In this document: in pieces, positions 36,921 to 46,884 of the stretch
Numbering within the stretch: the first letter of the stretch is position 1
Layout: every line of letters starts with the position of its first letter
Assembly (NCBI GenBank): GCA_964618805.1
Contig: CAZUBM010000016.1
Location: 1-48,445 of the forward strand
Source of the DNA: an uncultured Nitrososphaerota archaeon
GTDB lineage: Archaea > Korarchaeota > Korarchaeia > Korarchaeales > Korarchaeaceae
Direction: 5' to 3'
Length of the DNA: 48,445 nucleotides
Notes under the pieces: model-generated
Seen by the model: the letters and a program-made list of their open reading frames with translations, nothing else
What the model was told of the DNA's origin: nothing
Database searches by the model: none
Translations under genes and position numbers: made by a program

Positions 36921-38192
36921 TTGAGTAAAGGGGTTTTGGCAGCAATCGCAATCATCGGAATATTAGCTTCTGGCTTGCTTGTAACAACAAGGCTCCTGAA
37001 GGAAGGGGTTGGAGTGGATCTCTCCAAAATAAAGGTTGCGGTCGTGTATGAGAGGGTTACTGACGGAATGGTTATGAACAGAAGCGTCGAAGATGTCATT
37101 TCCCTGCTGAAGGAGATGGGAGTGGACTTCGTGTTCAGAGGTTGGTGGAGGTGGACGCCTTGCCCAAACAGGTGCGAGGATCTGCCTTCTTCAAAGGCGA
37201 AGATGAGGTGCGAGTTCAGCGGATATAGCTACAAGCACCTAGAAGATGCCATTTTCGTGATAAAGCAGGAGATCCCAGAGATAATCTTCTGCGGAGCTAT
37301 TCCAGCACAAATAATTCCGAAAGAGGTTATTTGGAATCCAAAAACCGGTGAGATCATAAGGTACCCAGAAACATGGGACCTTGCTTTGGATCCAGGAAAA
37401 TGGGACCTTGACATGTCTAAAGAGGAGTTCCAGTGTCTGTTCGGGAAGACCCATCTATGGGTGCCCGAGGGGCTGGACTGCAGTCTCTACAATCCGGAGG
37501 ATGTTTCAGCTTACTTCCCAGACATAACAAACCCCAAGTTTCAGGAGCTCATCCTAAGCTGGGCTGAGAGACAGATAGATGCTGGCGTCGACGCCATCTG
37601 GATTGACATGCTTTTCAAACAAGCAGGCTTGCTCTACAGGCTCACGAACGACTTCAATCACCCCGCGGTTAGGGAAAGCTATGACGCAGCTTGCGCAATA
37701 GTCGACAAGGTACATAAATACGGCAAGGAGAGAGGGAAGCATATATTTGTGGGGAGTTGGGCAAGCGCGATTCACTTCCCATATCCTCCTCCAGATCTAG
37801 ACTTCGTCACCCTATCTCCCTCAGCAAGAGAGGTGAGAGAAATTAGGCTCAATGAGGAGAAATGGGATGAGATTATAGTGAGGATAAGGGAGAAGTTTGG
37901 AGAAATCCTTATAATAGCCTTCATAGACTGGGCTTCTACCACAGAGACGCCTTTAGGCCAGTTCAGCCAAGTTCTGAGTAAGGAGGAGCAGAGAGAGTTC
38001 CTGATGGCTGCCGATTCCTTCTTCCAAAATAGAGGGATCGTCTTCGCATATCCCTTGCACGGGGGTTGGATGGGAAACGACGCTGAGATACTTTCCTTTG
38101 GGATAAGGAGAACTTACGACGCTTTGGCTCCTGAGTTTCAGACCTATGAAACAATAAGGGAGCTGGCCCGAAACAAGAAACGTGGAAGCTGA
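36921..38192 (+). CDS. Membrane-anchored extracellular protein with a probable glycoside-hydrolase-like TIM barrel
   Basis: N-terminal TM helix. PDITNPKFQE...WAERQIDAGVDAIWID resembles the GH-type TIM-barrel strand 4. Start moved to TTG 36921. Confidence 0.65.
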   Translation: MSKGVLAAIAIIGILASGLLVTTRLLKEGVGVDLSKIKVAVVYERVTDGMVMNRSVEDVISLLKEMGVDFVFRGWWRWTPCPNRCEDLPSSKAKMRCEFSGYSYKHLEDAIFVIKQEIPEIIFCGAIPAQIIPKEVIWNPKTGEIIRYPETWDLALDPGKWDLDMSKEEFQCLFGKTHLWVPEGLDCSLYNPEDVSAYFPDITNPKFQELILSWAERQIDAGVDAIWIDMLFKQAGLLYRLTNDFNHPAVRESYDAACAIVDKVHKYGKERGKHIFVGSWASAIHFPYPPPDLDFVTLSPSAREVREIRLNEEKWDEIIVRIREKFGEILIIAFIDWASTTETPLGQFSQVLSKEEQREFLMAADSFFQNRGIVFAYPLHGGWMGNDAEILSFGIRRTYDALAPEFQTYETIRELARNKKRGS

Positions 38193-38279
38193 AGTCTAGT
38201 CTTTTACTGAACCATAATCTGTTTTCACGATTGCAAATTATCAGGAAGCTTGTTTTGTTACTAAGATTTTATAATCAAG

Positions 38280-38305
38280 TTCCTCAGGAATATATTCCTG
38301 AGGAA
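38280..38305. promoter_or_regulatory. Perfect 26-bp palindrome TTCCTCAGGAATATATTCCTGAGGAA between the TATA box and the ATG of the ATPase gene
   Basis: Self-complementary over 26 nt. A TTTTATAA box lies at ~38267-38274 and the ATG at 38307. Confidence 0.85.
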
Positions 38306-38306
38306 T

Positions 38307-39689
38307 ATGTTCATAAATAGGTGCAATGAACTCTCCTTCCTAGAGAAAAGGTGGAAAGGGGGAAGGGCAGAGCTGATAATTTTGTACGGGAGGAGGAGGG
38401 TTGGCAAGACTTACCTGATCAGGAGGTTCATGAAGGGAAAGAGGGGCGTTTACCTCTTCGTCTCAAAGTTAGGTCAGCCCTTGCTGGATGAGTTCTCCAA
38501 CTCCATCATGGAACAGCTTGGCCTGAACTTCAGACCATCGATCAGAACCTTTAGGGATCTCTTCCTCCTGCTAGAGAAGTTGACCTCAGATGAGAGGCTC
38601 TTGGTGGCGATCGACGAGTTCCAAAGGATGGCAGAAGCAGAGCCCTCCTCCCTCATGGAGCTTCAGAGGTGTTGGGACGAGTTTCTATCGAAGAGCAGGA
38701 TAATGCTCGTGCTAATGGGCTCTGCGGTGGGGGTAATTGAGAGGTTGGGACTTAGCCAAGCCTCCCCAATTTTCGGAAGGAGAACCGGGCAGATAAAGCT
38801 CAAGCCATTTGACTTCTCCTGCTCGAAGGAGTTCTTCAGAAGATACGAGCCTGAGGACAAGGTAAGGGCTTACTCCGTTTTTGGGGGAGTTCCTGCCTAC
38901 CTATCGATGGTCGATGACAGCAAAGGCCTGATGGAAAACATCTCCTCCCTTATCTTGGATAACAAGGGGCCTCTCTATGAGGAGCCCTACTTCTTGCTCT
39001 CCCAGGAGACCAGGGAACCCATTCGGTACATGTCCATATTGGAGGCGATGAGCCAGGGCGCCACTAAGCTAGGAGAGATCGCTTCAAAGGCTGGAATGAG
39101 TTCGAGCGACCTGCCTAGGTATCTAAAGGTATTAGAAGCTGACCTGGACCTAGTGGAGAGGAGGTACCCCCTTACTGAGAGGAGGCGGGGGAAGACGAGG
39201 TACCACCTGAAGGATAACTTCATAAGGTTCTGGTTCAAATTCGTCAGGCCTCACCTCACTCTACTTGAGATGGGGAAAAAGAAGAGGGTTTTGGAGGTTG
39301 TCAGAATGCAGATTGACGAGCATGCCTCCTTAGCGTTTGAGGAGGTCGCAATGGAACACTTCTCAAGGGAAGTCGTTAGACTTGGAGCCTCTCGGGTTGG
39401 GAGGTGGTGGAGCAGGGACGTAGAGCTCGACGGGATAGCTATAGACGAGGTTAGAGGAAGAGCCTACTTCATGGAGGCCAAGTGGACAAATAAGCCGTTG
39501 AAAAGAAGTGTTTTAAATGATCTAATTAGGAAAGCAAGCGAGTTCAGGTGGAGAATCGGGAGCAGAGAGGAGTTCTACTTTATCTACTCTAGGTCAGGCT
39601 TTGAGTTCGAGGAAGACAGCAGGATAAGGCTGGTGGATCTGAATGAACTCGTGAAAGAGCTAGGTTGTCCTCCTCCACCAAAATCGTAG
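38307..39689 (+). CDS. Archaeal AAA ATPase (ATPase_2) with wHTH, DUF234 and C-terminal PD-(D/E)XK-like domain
   Basis: YGRRRVGKT, IDEFQ, GGVPAYL, DNFIRFWFKFV and ELDGIA...EAKW motifs. Confidence 0.92.
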   Translation: MFINRCNELSFLEKRWKGGRAELIILYGRRRVGKTYLIRRFMKGKRGVYLFVSKLGQPLLDEFSNSIMEQLGLNFRPSIRTFRDLFLLLEKLTSDERLLVAIDEFQRMAEAEPSSLMELQRCWDEFLSKSRIMLVLMGSAVGVIERLGLSQASPIFGRRTGQIKLKPFDFSCSKEFFRRYEPEDKVRAYSVFGGVPAYLSMVDDSKGLMENISSLILDNKGPLYEEPYFLLSQETREPIRYMSILEAMSQGATKLGEIASKAGMSSSDLPRYLKVLEADLDLVERRYPLTERRRGKTRYHLKDNFIRFWFKFVRPHLTLLEMGKKKRVLEVVRMQIDEHASLAFEEVAMEHFSREVVRLGASRVGRWWSRDVELDGIAIDEVRGRAYFMEAKWTNKPLKRSVLNDLIRKASEFRWRIGSREEFYFIYSRSGFEFEEDSRIRLVDLNELVKELGCPPPPKS

Positions 39690-40060
39690 CTCCCTTCGGA
39701 AGCCGTGCTCTTAAGACTATTAATTACGCCCTGCTTTCTGCTTTTTGAAGAAAAACTCGGATAAAAAGAAGTGGTAAAAAGAAAAATGGTTTATTCTGCA
39801 TCTAAACTCTCGCTTTTCCCAAAGAAGTCGCAACCTTTCTGAACTAGCTGAGTCGTGTCCACAGATGGCAAGCTACTGTATGAGAGTCGTAAAATGATAG
39901 GCTGAATGACACAAATTAATGCTGTGGGCTACGCCCTCTCTTCCATTCATCCTTGTTCCAAATCATTGCGTAATGGTTCCGTAAAAGTTCCTTAAGAGCC
40001 TACAAAGTCTAAAGATTTGGATAAGAACTCGATTAGTTGAATCATAGGGAGTGTCAGGCT

Positions 40061-41731
40061 TTGGAGAAGAAGTCATTAGTTGCGGTTTGCCTTGTCTGCT
40101 TAGTAATCGCCTCACTCGTTGGATTTTTCATCTTAAGAAGGCGGGCATTAAAGAGGAGTTTCCCTCAGAAATTCTCAGAGTTCAGGGCAAGGTATCAGGA
40201 GAAGAGAGCTCAGGGATATAACCTATCTGAGGCGGAGTACTGGGCGAAAAAGGCCTTGGAAGCATATAGCAGGAAAGATTATGAATCAGCAATCGTTTTT
40301 CTGGATAAAGCACTGGAATCCTTGGAAAAAGCTGAGAAAATCCCCCTTCCATCCTTTGATGTTGTTAGAAGCAACTCTTGGATGACCGATGTAGTGACTA
40401 TCCACGACTTCGTCCCCTTCGGAGTGGCCATCGAAAGGCTACCTGACAATAGGATAGTGCTCCCCAGACACCAAGGATGGACGGCGAGCAACTTCGTTGT
40501 TTTCGGCATGTGCTTTAACGAGAACAACACCCTGATATTCCACTGCTCAGTTAACATAGGAGGAGGGTTCCTTCGTTTAGTATTCAATGGTAAAAGGATG
40601 TTCGAAAGGATAGAGGGTCCATCTTATTACGATGATGGCGGAAAGTTCTTCCCCTATCCAACGGTCTACACGAACCCTGAAGAGGATTACGTCATCGCGA
40701 TAGCTTACGATGAGGGAACTAGAACATGGTATCACAAGGTAGTTTACACAAAGACGTCGCCCCCCAAGGAGATCCTTTACGTTGAAGGAAGGGGAAGGCT
40801 TACGCCCCTGTGGGTAGGGAAGCCAGAGGGACCATTCGTGGTCCATGGAATTGCTGGCATCATGGCTGGTCAGCTTTGCCTCGATACATGGGGAGGCTAC
40901 TTGGACTTCGAGGAGCTGACAAGATGCACTTATCATGACCTAACGGCCGAAAAGACCTACAATTTCTCGACCGGCTTCACATTCATGGACAGGGAGTACC
41001 ACAGGAACCTGCCTATCGGTCCCATAAGAGTGGAAGGAGGGAAAGTCGTTGACGGAGTTGAATTCGACGCAATGTCCTTCCACAAGCTGGAGGGAGAGCA
41101 GATAGAGTTCATATTCATCCTAGCCAAGAACCCGCTTCCAGAAGAACTCAAGAGCAAGTTCAACTTCCCTGAATTCGAAAGAATAGGAAGGATAAACTTC
41201 GTAAGCAGGGGAGAGAGCTACAGGTTTGATAACTATGAGTTCAGCACGGACGGCAAGCTTCAACCAGACTTTTACTACCTAGTTGGTAACTTCACCGATG
41301 AGACGGGGAACGTAGTTGGAAGAGTGAACTTAACTGCCAGAGCCTTTGCATTCTGGGGTAAAGGAGGAACTGAAGACTGGCATAGGCACAAAGTTTGGTG
41401 GGACACAGATGGCGTAGCTGCTTGGGGGCGCTCCTTCGTGAAGTGGGAGGGGACTATCACCATAGGCAACCAGACAATAGTAGTTGAGGGAGTTCCTGGC
41501 TTCGGGGAGTTCTACAGGTATGTCCGAGGGAACTCTTCCTTGGGGAATTCGGAAGGAGAGATGTCTCAGGTTTATCAGCGCTTGAAGGGAAGAGAGCATG
41601 ATCCAACGGCTGGGGGGAAGCTCAAATTCAAATCCTACCGAAGGTCTTTAACGGTACATTTTGATCACAAGCTTGAGCTTAGGACTCATCATCTGATAAT
41701 TGGAAAACTCGATCCAGGTGCGGTTGATTGA
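40061..41731 (+). CDS. Membrane-anchored extracellular beta-rich protein, possibly AttH/CrtC (lipocalin-like) fold
   Basis: N-terminal TM helix and helical stalk. GFTFMDREY and EGTITIG...GFGEF resemble the AttH-like G..WMD(H/R)EW and terminal G..E motifs. The start is 40037 or 40061. Confidence 0.6.
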   Translation: MEKKSLVAVCLVCLVIASLVGFFILRRRALKRSFPQKFSEFRARYQEKRAQGYNLSEAEYWAKKALEAYSRKDYESAIVFLDKALESLEKAEKIPLPSFDVVRSNSWMTDVVTIHDFVPFGVAIERLPDNRIVLPRHQGWTASNFVVFGMCFNENNTLIFHCSVNIGGGFLRLVFNGKRMFERIEGPSYYDDGGKFFPYPTVYTNPEEDYVIAIAYDEGTRTWYHKVVYTKTSPPKEILYVEGRGRLTPLWVGKPEGPFVVHGIAGIMAGQLCLDTWGGYLDFEELTRCTYHDLTAEKTYNFSTGFTFMDREYHRNLPIGPIRVEGGKVVDGVEFDAMSFHKLEGEQIEFIFILAKNPLPEELKSKFNFPEFERIGRINFVSRGESYRFDNYEFSTDGKLQPDFYYLVGNFTDETGNVVGRVNLTARAFAFWGKGGTEDWHRHKVWWDTDGVAAWGRSFVKWEGTITIGNQTIVVEGVPGFGEFYRYVRGNSSLGNSEGEMSQVYQRLKGREHDPTAGGKLKFKSYRRSLTVHFDHKLELRTHHLIIGKLDPGAVD

Positions 41732-43371
41732 GGAAGTTACTCCTTTGCCTTTTGATTGGAATATCTCTGGTCGATGTCTCCTCATTCTCAGCTCCCGAAA
41801 GGTTCGTAGATGTCGTTGACCTAAGAGGAACAGATCTTAAGACTAGACTGCTTGTGCTAAGTCTACAAGGAATCGTAAACAGACAGGAACCTTCCCTTTA
41901 CATCCTTTGGGAGAGCAAACGAATTAATCCAACAGCTTCGGAGAGGTGGCTGAAGTACTATCGAGAAAAGGGGTGGATCGATGGCTATGGGCTCATTAGC
42001 GTGGAGGAAGCTCTCGAAAAGCACAAGGAAAGCCTAGAAGGGGCCGTGATCTACGATCCAGGGCTTCCGGCAACGATAAACATTGCTGTCTCCCTGGCAG
42101 GAATAGAAAACCTCATCGTAGCCCACCCAGACTTCATTCCCCTGCTGAAAAAGCTCGGAATAGAGGTTAAGCGCGACCTAAGGGGCAAGTTCAAGGATGA
42201 AGTTGAAGCCCACCTCTGGCAGCTTGAGAACGTGCTTCCGAGGTGCAACAGGAGCCTGATAAACCTGTTTCCAACGGAGGGAGATGTGGCGATATACAGG
42301 GTTTCGGTAGTTGATTACGTGATTGTAAATAAGGGATGCTCAATTGGATTGAGCGTCGAGGAGCATTCTTCCCTGATAAGCGAGTACTACGAGCGAATGG
42401 ATAAATTTTCAATCGTCCTTGGCTACCCTGAGGACTCAAGACTCGAGAGACCATGGGTCTCGCTCACCTCTAAGCATGGGCTTCTAAACGTCTTGGCTAC
42501 CGCCTTTTCCCCCAACTTTTCCTTTCACTCGAAGATGCCAGCGAGAAGGGAATATGTGCAGGAACACGAGTTCGATGTCGACTTGGCTCCTGACAAGATA
42601 TACATAGCCTTCGCCGCGTCTGACTTGGGATTGAACAACATGCAGGACTTCTACTACGAGATGTGGCTGGACAAAAGGAGAGGAGAAGTCCCGATAAGCT
42701 GGTGGTTGGATCCTATTGTGGCAGATTTCTGCCCTGGCATCGTTGAGTACTACTATAAGACCAAGACCCCAAATGATTACTTCTACTCAGCCCATGTCGG
42801 CGGGAGGATAAGGCCGTCCGACTTCCCTTATCTTGAGGAGTACCTGAAAAGGGGGCAAAAATATTTGGATATGTGTTCGTTGAAGGTCGTGGCTTTCAGC
42901 AATCACAACAAGAAGGACGAGGCGGTCTTCGAGCTTTACTCTAGGCTATTGGATGTCGAGGGATTTTCATTCGGATTTGGCCCTGAATTCATCGAGGAAT
43001 TCTGGTACGTGGATGATAAGGTGTGGATCGTCCCCAGATTTATGGGAGATCCAAAGGAGGCTTACGAAGCGATTAGCGAGTACATCGAATCATCTAAGAG
43101 GAGGCCTCTCTTCATCATAATAGGGGTGGGGCTCTGGCACTTCCCCAGAGTTGAGGACTTATTAGAGATAAAGGAGGAGCTGAAAAGGAAATACGGGGAT
43201 GAAATAGTTTTCTGTAGGGCGGATGAGCTGATGGGCGCGGCCAAGGCGTATAGATCTTTGGAAGGGAGGGCTGGAGGCAAGTATAGGGATATCCTGATCA
43301 TAGCCCTCCCAACATTGATCCTTACACTGATACTGATCTTGCTTCTATATTTCCTTAAAGCTCTGCGCTAA
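41728..43371 (+). CDS. GxGYxYP-family putative glycoside hydrolase, secreted, with C-terminal TM anchor
   Basis: SLQGIVNR.EP.LY, GAVIYDP...TINIA.SLAG and RGEVPISW...D.CP.I.EYYY.T.TPNDYF motifs. The signature motif here reads GGRIRP. Confidence 0.78.
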   Translation: MRKLLLCLLIGISLVDVSSFSAPERFVDVVDLRGTDLKTRLLVLSLQGIVNRQEPSLYILWESKRINPTASERWLKYYREKGWIDGYGLISVEEALEKHKESLEGAVIYDPGLPATINIAVSLAGIENLIVAHPDFIPLLKKLGIEVKRDLRGKFKDEVEAHLWQLENVLPRCNRSLINLFPTEGDVAIYRVSVVDYVIVNKGCSIGLSVEEHSSLISEYYERMDKFSIVLGYPEDSRLERPWVSLTSKHGLLNVLATAFSPNFSFHSKMPARREYVQEHEFDVDLAPDKIYIAFAASDLGLNNMQDFYYEMWLDKRRGEVPISWWLDPIVADFCPGIVEYYYKTKTPNDYFYSAHVGGRIRPSDFPYLEEYLKRGQKYLDMCSLKVVAFSNHNKKDEAVFELYSRLLDVEGFSFGFGPEFIEEFWYVDDKVWIVPRFMGDPKEAYEAISEYIESSKRRPLFIIIGVGLWHFPRVEDLLEIKEELKRKYGDEIVFCRADELMGAAKAYRSLEGRAGGKYRDILIIALPTLILTLILILLLYFLKALR

Positions 43372-43982
43372 ACCTGGCAACTAGGGATTTTTACGCTCAT
43401 GGGCTTACATCCAAATTTAATCGCAAGAAGCAAGGTGCTGAGTTAAGATGTTCTGATGGAATCATAATCCGCCCTGATTTGAACGACTCCAGAATTGTGG
43501 ATGGCATGACTGAAATCGGTCTTGATATCGGAACAACGAGTCAGGTACTAGAGGCCAAGGACAATGTTCACAGTCCTCGCACCAACAGAGGAAAGATCGC
43601 AAATGTAGCTAGATATAAGCCTTTGGACAAGCTAAGCAATTGTTTCCTCTTCCGCTCTACATACCCGGAAGACTAACGGAAGGGCTAGTGTTAGATAGAT
43701 AAAGTGGCCAAAAGTCTTCCCCACTCCGCCTTCACGGTGTATCTGAATATTACAGCGAATACTGAACCTATCACTCCTTTGTGATGGAACGGTCTGCTCT
43801 TCTCTATATTAAGAGCGTGGGCTGGTTCTGCAAACCAACCCAGATCTACATCTCTTCCCTATTAATTTCTCCTTATTATAAAGAGTTCTTGTTAAGCGCG
43901 TACATCTTCTTTTTTGTCGGCCATAGGAATAGCTTCAGCTAGATTCAACGCCAGTTGCCCAGTAACTTGAGAAAAGCTATTA

Positions 43983-44018
43983 TTGACCTGGGTTATATTT
44001 ATATATAACCATGGTCAA
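43983..44018. promoter_or_regulatory. 36-bp imperfect palindrome centred on the TATA box of the abiE operon
   Basis: TTGACC-TG-GGTTATAT-TTAT-ATATAACC-AT-GGTCAA, with 14/16 arm positions paired, 11 nt before the ATG. Confidence 0.75.
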
Positions 44019-44029
44019 CAAAAACTGAT

Positions 44030-44667
44030 ATGGGTATTTACAGGAAAATTCCTCTAGCAAGGATACTTAAGGGCAGACTACTAAAAATAGCCGAATTACA
44101 AGATATGGTTTTGCTAGAGCTTTCGAGGAGGTTTGACTTCGTCGTTCACGACGGTACAGCGGTTTGGAGGATATACGGTGGAAAGAGGTTCTCCGTAGAT
44201 GTGGACATCTACCATCCAGATCCAAAGAAAATAGATGAGCATTTCTCCAAGGTCTTTAAAGTTGTGAGAAGCAGGGTAACGCCTTCTAAGTGCTCTACCT
44301 CAGGATAGTTGACCAAGCAGTTGTTGAGCTCGAAGCCTCTCCAGCTTTTGGGGAAATACATGTCATAGAATCCGATTTCTGGCTCGTAGATGGGAGCAGC
44401 ATAGTGGTAAAAACGCTTACGCCAGAGGACTTGGTGAGGGAGAAGATAAGGGCCTTTCTGAACAGGAAGAAGGCGAGAGATCTTTACGACATCTACTATC
44501 TGCTCGATTTCTGCAAAGAGAGTGTTAGGTCTGAGCTGAAAAAAGTTCTTCCAGAGCTGGAGGAAGCTCCAAAGGATTTCCCTAGACTAAAGGAACTCAT
44601 ACTCATCGGCAGGGCTCCCAGCTTTGAAACCATAGTTGGGAAGGTGAGGAGGTTTGCCCAAAGTTAA
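44030..44667 (+). pseudogene. abiEii: AbiEii-type (type IV TA) nucleotidyltransferase toxin, frameshifted
   Basis: The N-terminal part has DGTA (normally GGTA) and RFSVDVD, and the C-terminal part has EKIRAF..RKKARDLYD. The frames join if one base is restored at ~44290 (AAG GTG became AAGTG). Confidence 0.85.
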
Positions 44668-45259
44668 GTACAGGGAATTCGTTGAAAAGCTTAGAGGCGC
44701 CAGCATATTCACCTTCAAGTTGGTCGAAAGCGTTGTAGGCAGGAGTTATGCTAAGCTGCTTATACACAACCTGAGGAAAGAGGGCAAGATAATAGAGCTA
44801 ATCAAGGGAGTTTACACGTTCAAGAAATCCCCTTACATGATTGTAAAGGCAATTCCAAAGTCTTACATAGGATTAGGGAGCGCCGCATTTCTCCACGGGG
44901 CTTGGGGGCAGGTGACGAGAATAGCCGTGCTATCCCCCTACATTTCAGTCAAGGTGAAAGGAGGGGAGAGGGAGATCTCAGGCCATAAAGTTATCTTGAG
45001 GAAGATATCGGAGAAGATGTATTTCGGATACGAATTCATATTCTTAGAGGAGATAGGAGAGTGGGTAAGGGTCTCGGACAAGGAGAAAACCTTGCTTGAC
45101 ATGATATATTACGATTACCCGTTCAAGGACGAGATAATCCCGAACTTGCTTGGTTTCGTGAGCCCCAAGAAGCTGAAGAGGTACCTTCTTATAATCAGGA
45201 GGAGGAAGGTCAGGGGCTTTAGGAGGATTCAGGAAGAACTCGAGAGAATAGGAGTTTAA
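44654..45259 (+). CDS. abiEi: AbiEi-type antitoxin / transcriptional regulator
   Basis: N-terminal wHTH (G.IIELIKGVY), SYIGLGSAAFLHG and VSDKEKTLLD motifs. Confidence 0.87.
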   Translation: MPKVKYREFVEKLRGASIFTFKLVESVVGRSYAKLLIHNLRKEGKIIELIKGVYTFKKSPYMIVKAIPKSYIGLGSAAFLHGAWGQVTRIAVLSPYISVKVKGGEREISGHKVILRKISEKMYFGYEFIFLEEIGEWVRVSDKEKTLLDMIYYDYPFKDEIIPNLLGFVSPKKLKRYLLIIRRRKVRGFRRIQEELERIGV

Positions 45260-45664
45260 CAACCAGCAAGATTGGAAAAGAGGGCTGAGTAATTTGGATA
45301 AGGGATAACTGTGAAAAGCGAAGAACCATTGGTAAGGAGGCAGCAGTAGTTACAGGAATTCAGCATCTATCTTTGGAGAGGTGACCGAATTAGCCCTATG
45401 CCAGAAGAATGTAGGCGACGGTGTTTGACAAAATAAGATGGATGGATTCTTGTTCTTTCAGTCTTCCCCCACAAGAAGGGAGGGAGGTTGTATTCACCTG
45501 AACTCCTTATGCCAAGCTAAAATTTGCCTGCTTTGCCAGGTTTTAGACTCTTAAGTTGAGGACTTTATCTCATTTTGATCTCTATGAAGGATTTCGGTGA
45601 AAAAGAAGTAATGTCACAGCCTAAACATGTCTTCTAACGCCACGCTCCATCGATAGCCGTGAAC

Positions 45665-45982
45665 CTAGAGTTCTATCCCTTCGGAAAGAGCAAACGATAA
45701 TGTTCCTAGCTCTTTCTTCTTCCTTTTAAACTCTTCAGGCGTATAGCAAAGTAGTTCGAAGCTTCCTCTTGCTCCCTGTTTATAGATCTTTTTCGTTAGC
45801 ATGACCATCCTCTTGGTGAAGGGTACTCCTTCAAACTTGGAGGAAACTACAATCAAATCGTAATCAGAATCCTTAAGGTGATCCCCCCTCGCCCTTGATC
45901 CGAAAAGAATGATCCTTGAATTGGGATCCCATCTTCTGATGGCTAGAATTGCGTTTCTTAAAGTCCTATCAACTCTCTGCAT
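45665..45982 (-). CDS. MNT nucleotidyltransferase
   Basis: ILFGSRARGDHLKDSDYDL and YTPEEF motifs. Confidence 0.92.
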   Translation of the reverse strand: MQRVDRTLRNAILAIRRWDPNSRIILFGSRARGDHLKDSDYDLIVVSSKFEGVPFTKRMVMLTKKIYKQGARGSFELLCYTPEEFKRKKKELGTLSFALSEGIEL

Positions 45983-46338
45983 TTGTTAACCACCCTTTCA
46001 GCTCTTTTTAGATGCCTTTCGGCTATTGCTTCGTTATACATGTGTGCGGGAACTCCATTAGCGGCATTCGGATATCTCGATACAATGTATTCAGGGTTCA
46101 ACTCCATTAGGTCGTCCATCAAATCGCCTAAACCTAGACCCGAGCCTAGCTCCACTATATTATAGGTTCTAGGAGCGGCTTCCTTCTTAACTTCTATGTG
46201 TGCAGCTTTAAGAGCTTTCTCAGCTGCTTGGTGGGAGTAAAAAGCAACTGCATAATATCTGCTATTTCTAAGCAAAACTCTTGCCGTCTCAAGGTCTTCA
46301 AGAGCCTGTATCCATAACCTCCGGGCTTCTTCTCTCAC
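45958..46338 (-). CDS. HEPN domain protein (PF05168 type)
   Basis: FYSHQAAEKALKA and EYIVSRYP motifs; overlaps the MNT gene. Confidence 0.92.
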   Translation of the reverse strand: MREEARRLWIQALEDLETARVLLRNSRYYAVAFYSHQAAEKALKAAHIEVKKEAAPRTYNIVELGSGLGLGDLMDDLMELNPEYIVSRYPNAANGVPAHMYNEAIAERHLKRAERVVNKCRELIGL

Positions 46339-46681
46339 AGGAAAAGTTAGTAAAAAAGGAGTTAAAAAGGTGCTGCTGGCAGAGTAGCATGCAGGAAACC
46401 TTTAGGCTATTTGCAAACATCACGCAATAAGATCTCTACTGCAAGTTTAGCTTTCATAAGCTAGTATGCTTTCCTTGATCTTTAGCCTAACAAAATCTCC
46501 ATACTTCGAGTTCGCTAGGGGCATTTGCAAATGTTAACTTTCTTTTAAAATCGGACTTAGAGGAATCTTGAGAATTTTCGCACCTAAAAGCCTTGAAAAG
46601 GGATTATGATGCTTTAATCATAGGAAACTGAGATTATTAGGAAGCTACGACATTACGCACTTGTCTTCACAAGGTGGGACC

Positions 46682-46750
46682 ATGGGATTCAAGTACGGAG
46701 CATACGGAGGAAATCCTTTACGTTGATCTAACTAGAGAGAAGTTCGTACC
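46682..46750 (+). pseudogene. Short 5' relic of an AOR-family gene
   Basis: AGGTGG ribosome-binding site, then MGFKYGAYGG / ILYVDLTREKF with a 1-nt frameshift. This matches the N-termini of the two intact AORs (GY.GK.L.VDLT..K). Confidence 0.5.
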
Positions 46751-46884
46751 CATGAGGTGATATCTTCCTCCAAATATGCTGTACTATGATCATGAGCTTC
46801 TCAGGTAGCCCTATTTTAGCATTTTTCCTTAGCTGGCTTGCTCCCAGCCTTTCTATGGCATTTCACAAGATCTCCACCATTTAA

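Noticed and set aside
43479-43676. 65-aa ORF and a nearby weak hairpin at ~43818-43843
   Set aside because: No ribosome-binding site, motif or tRNA/ncRNA-like fold that I can support.
44270-44310. Programmed ribosomal frameshift in abiEii
   Set aside because: No slippery heptamer at the junction, and a second lesion in the GGTA motif favours pseudogenisation.
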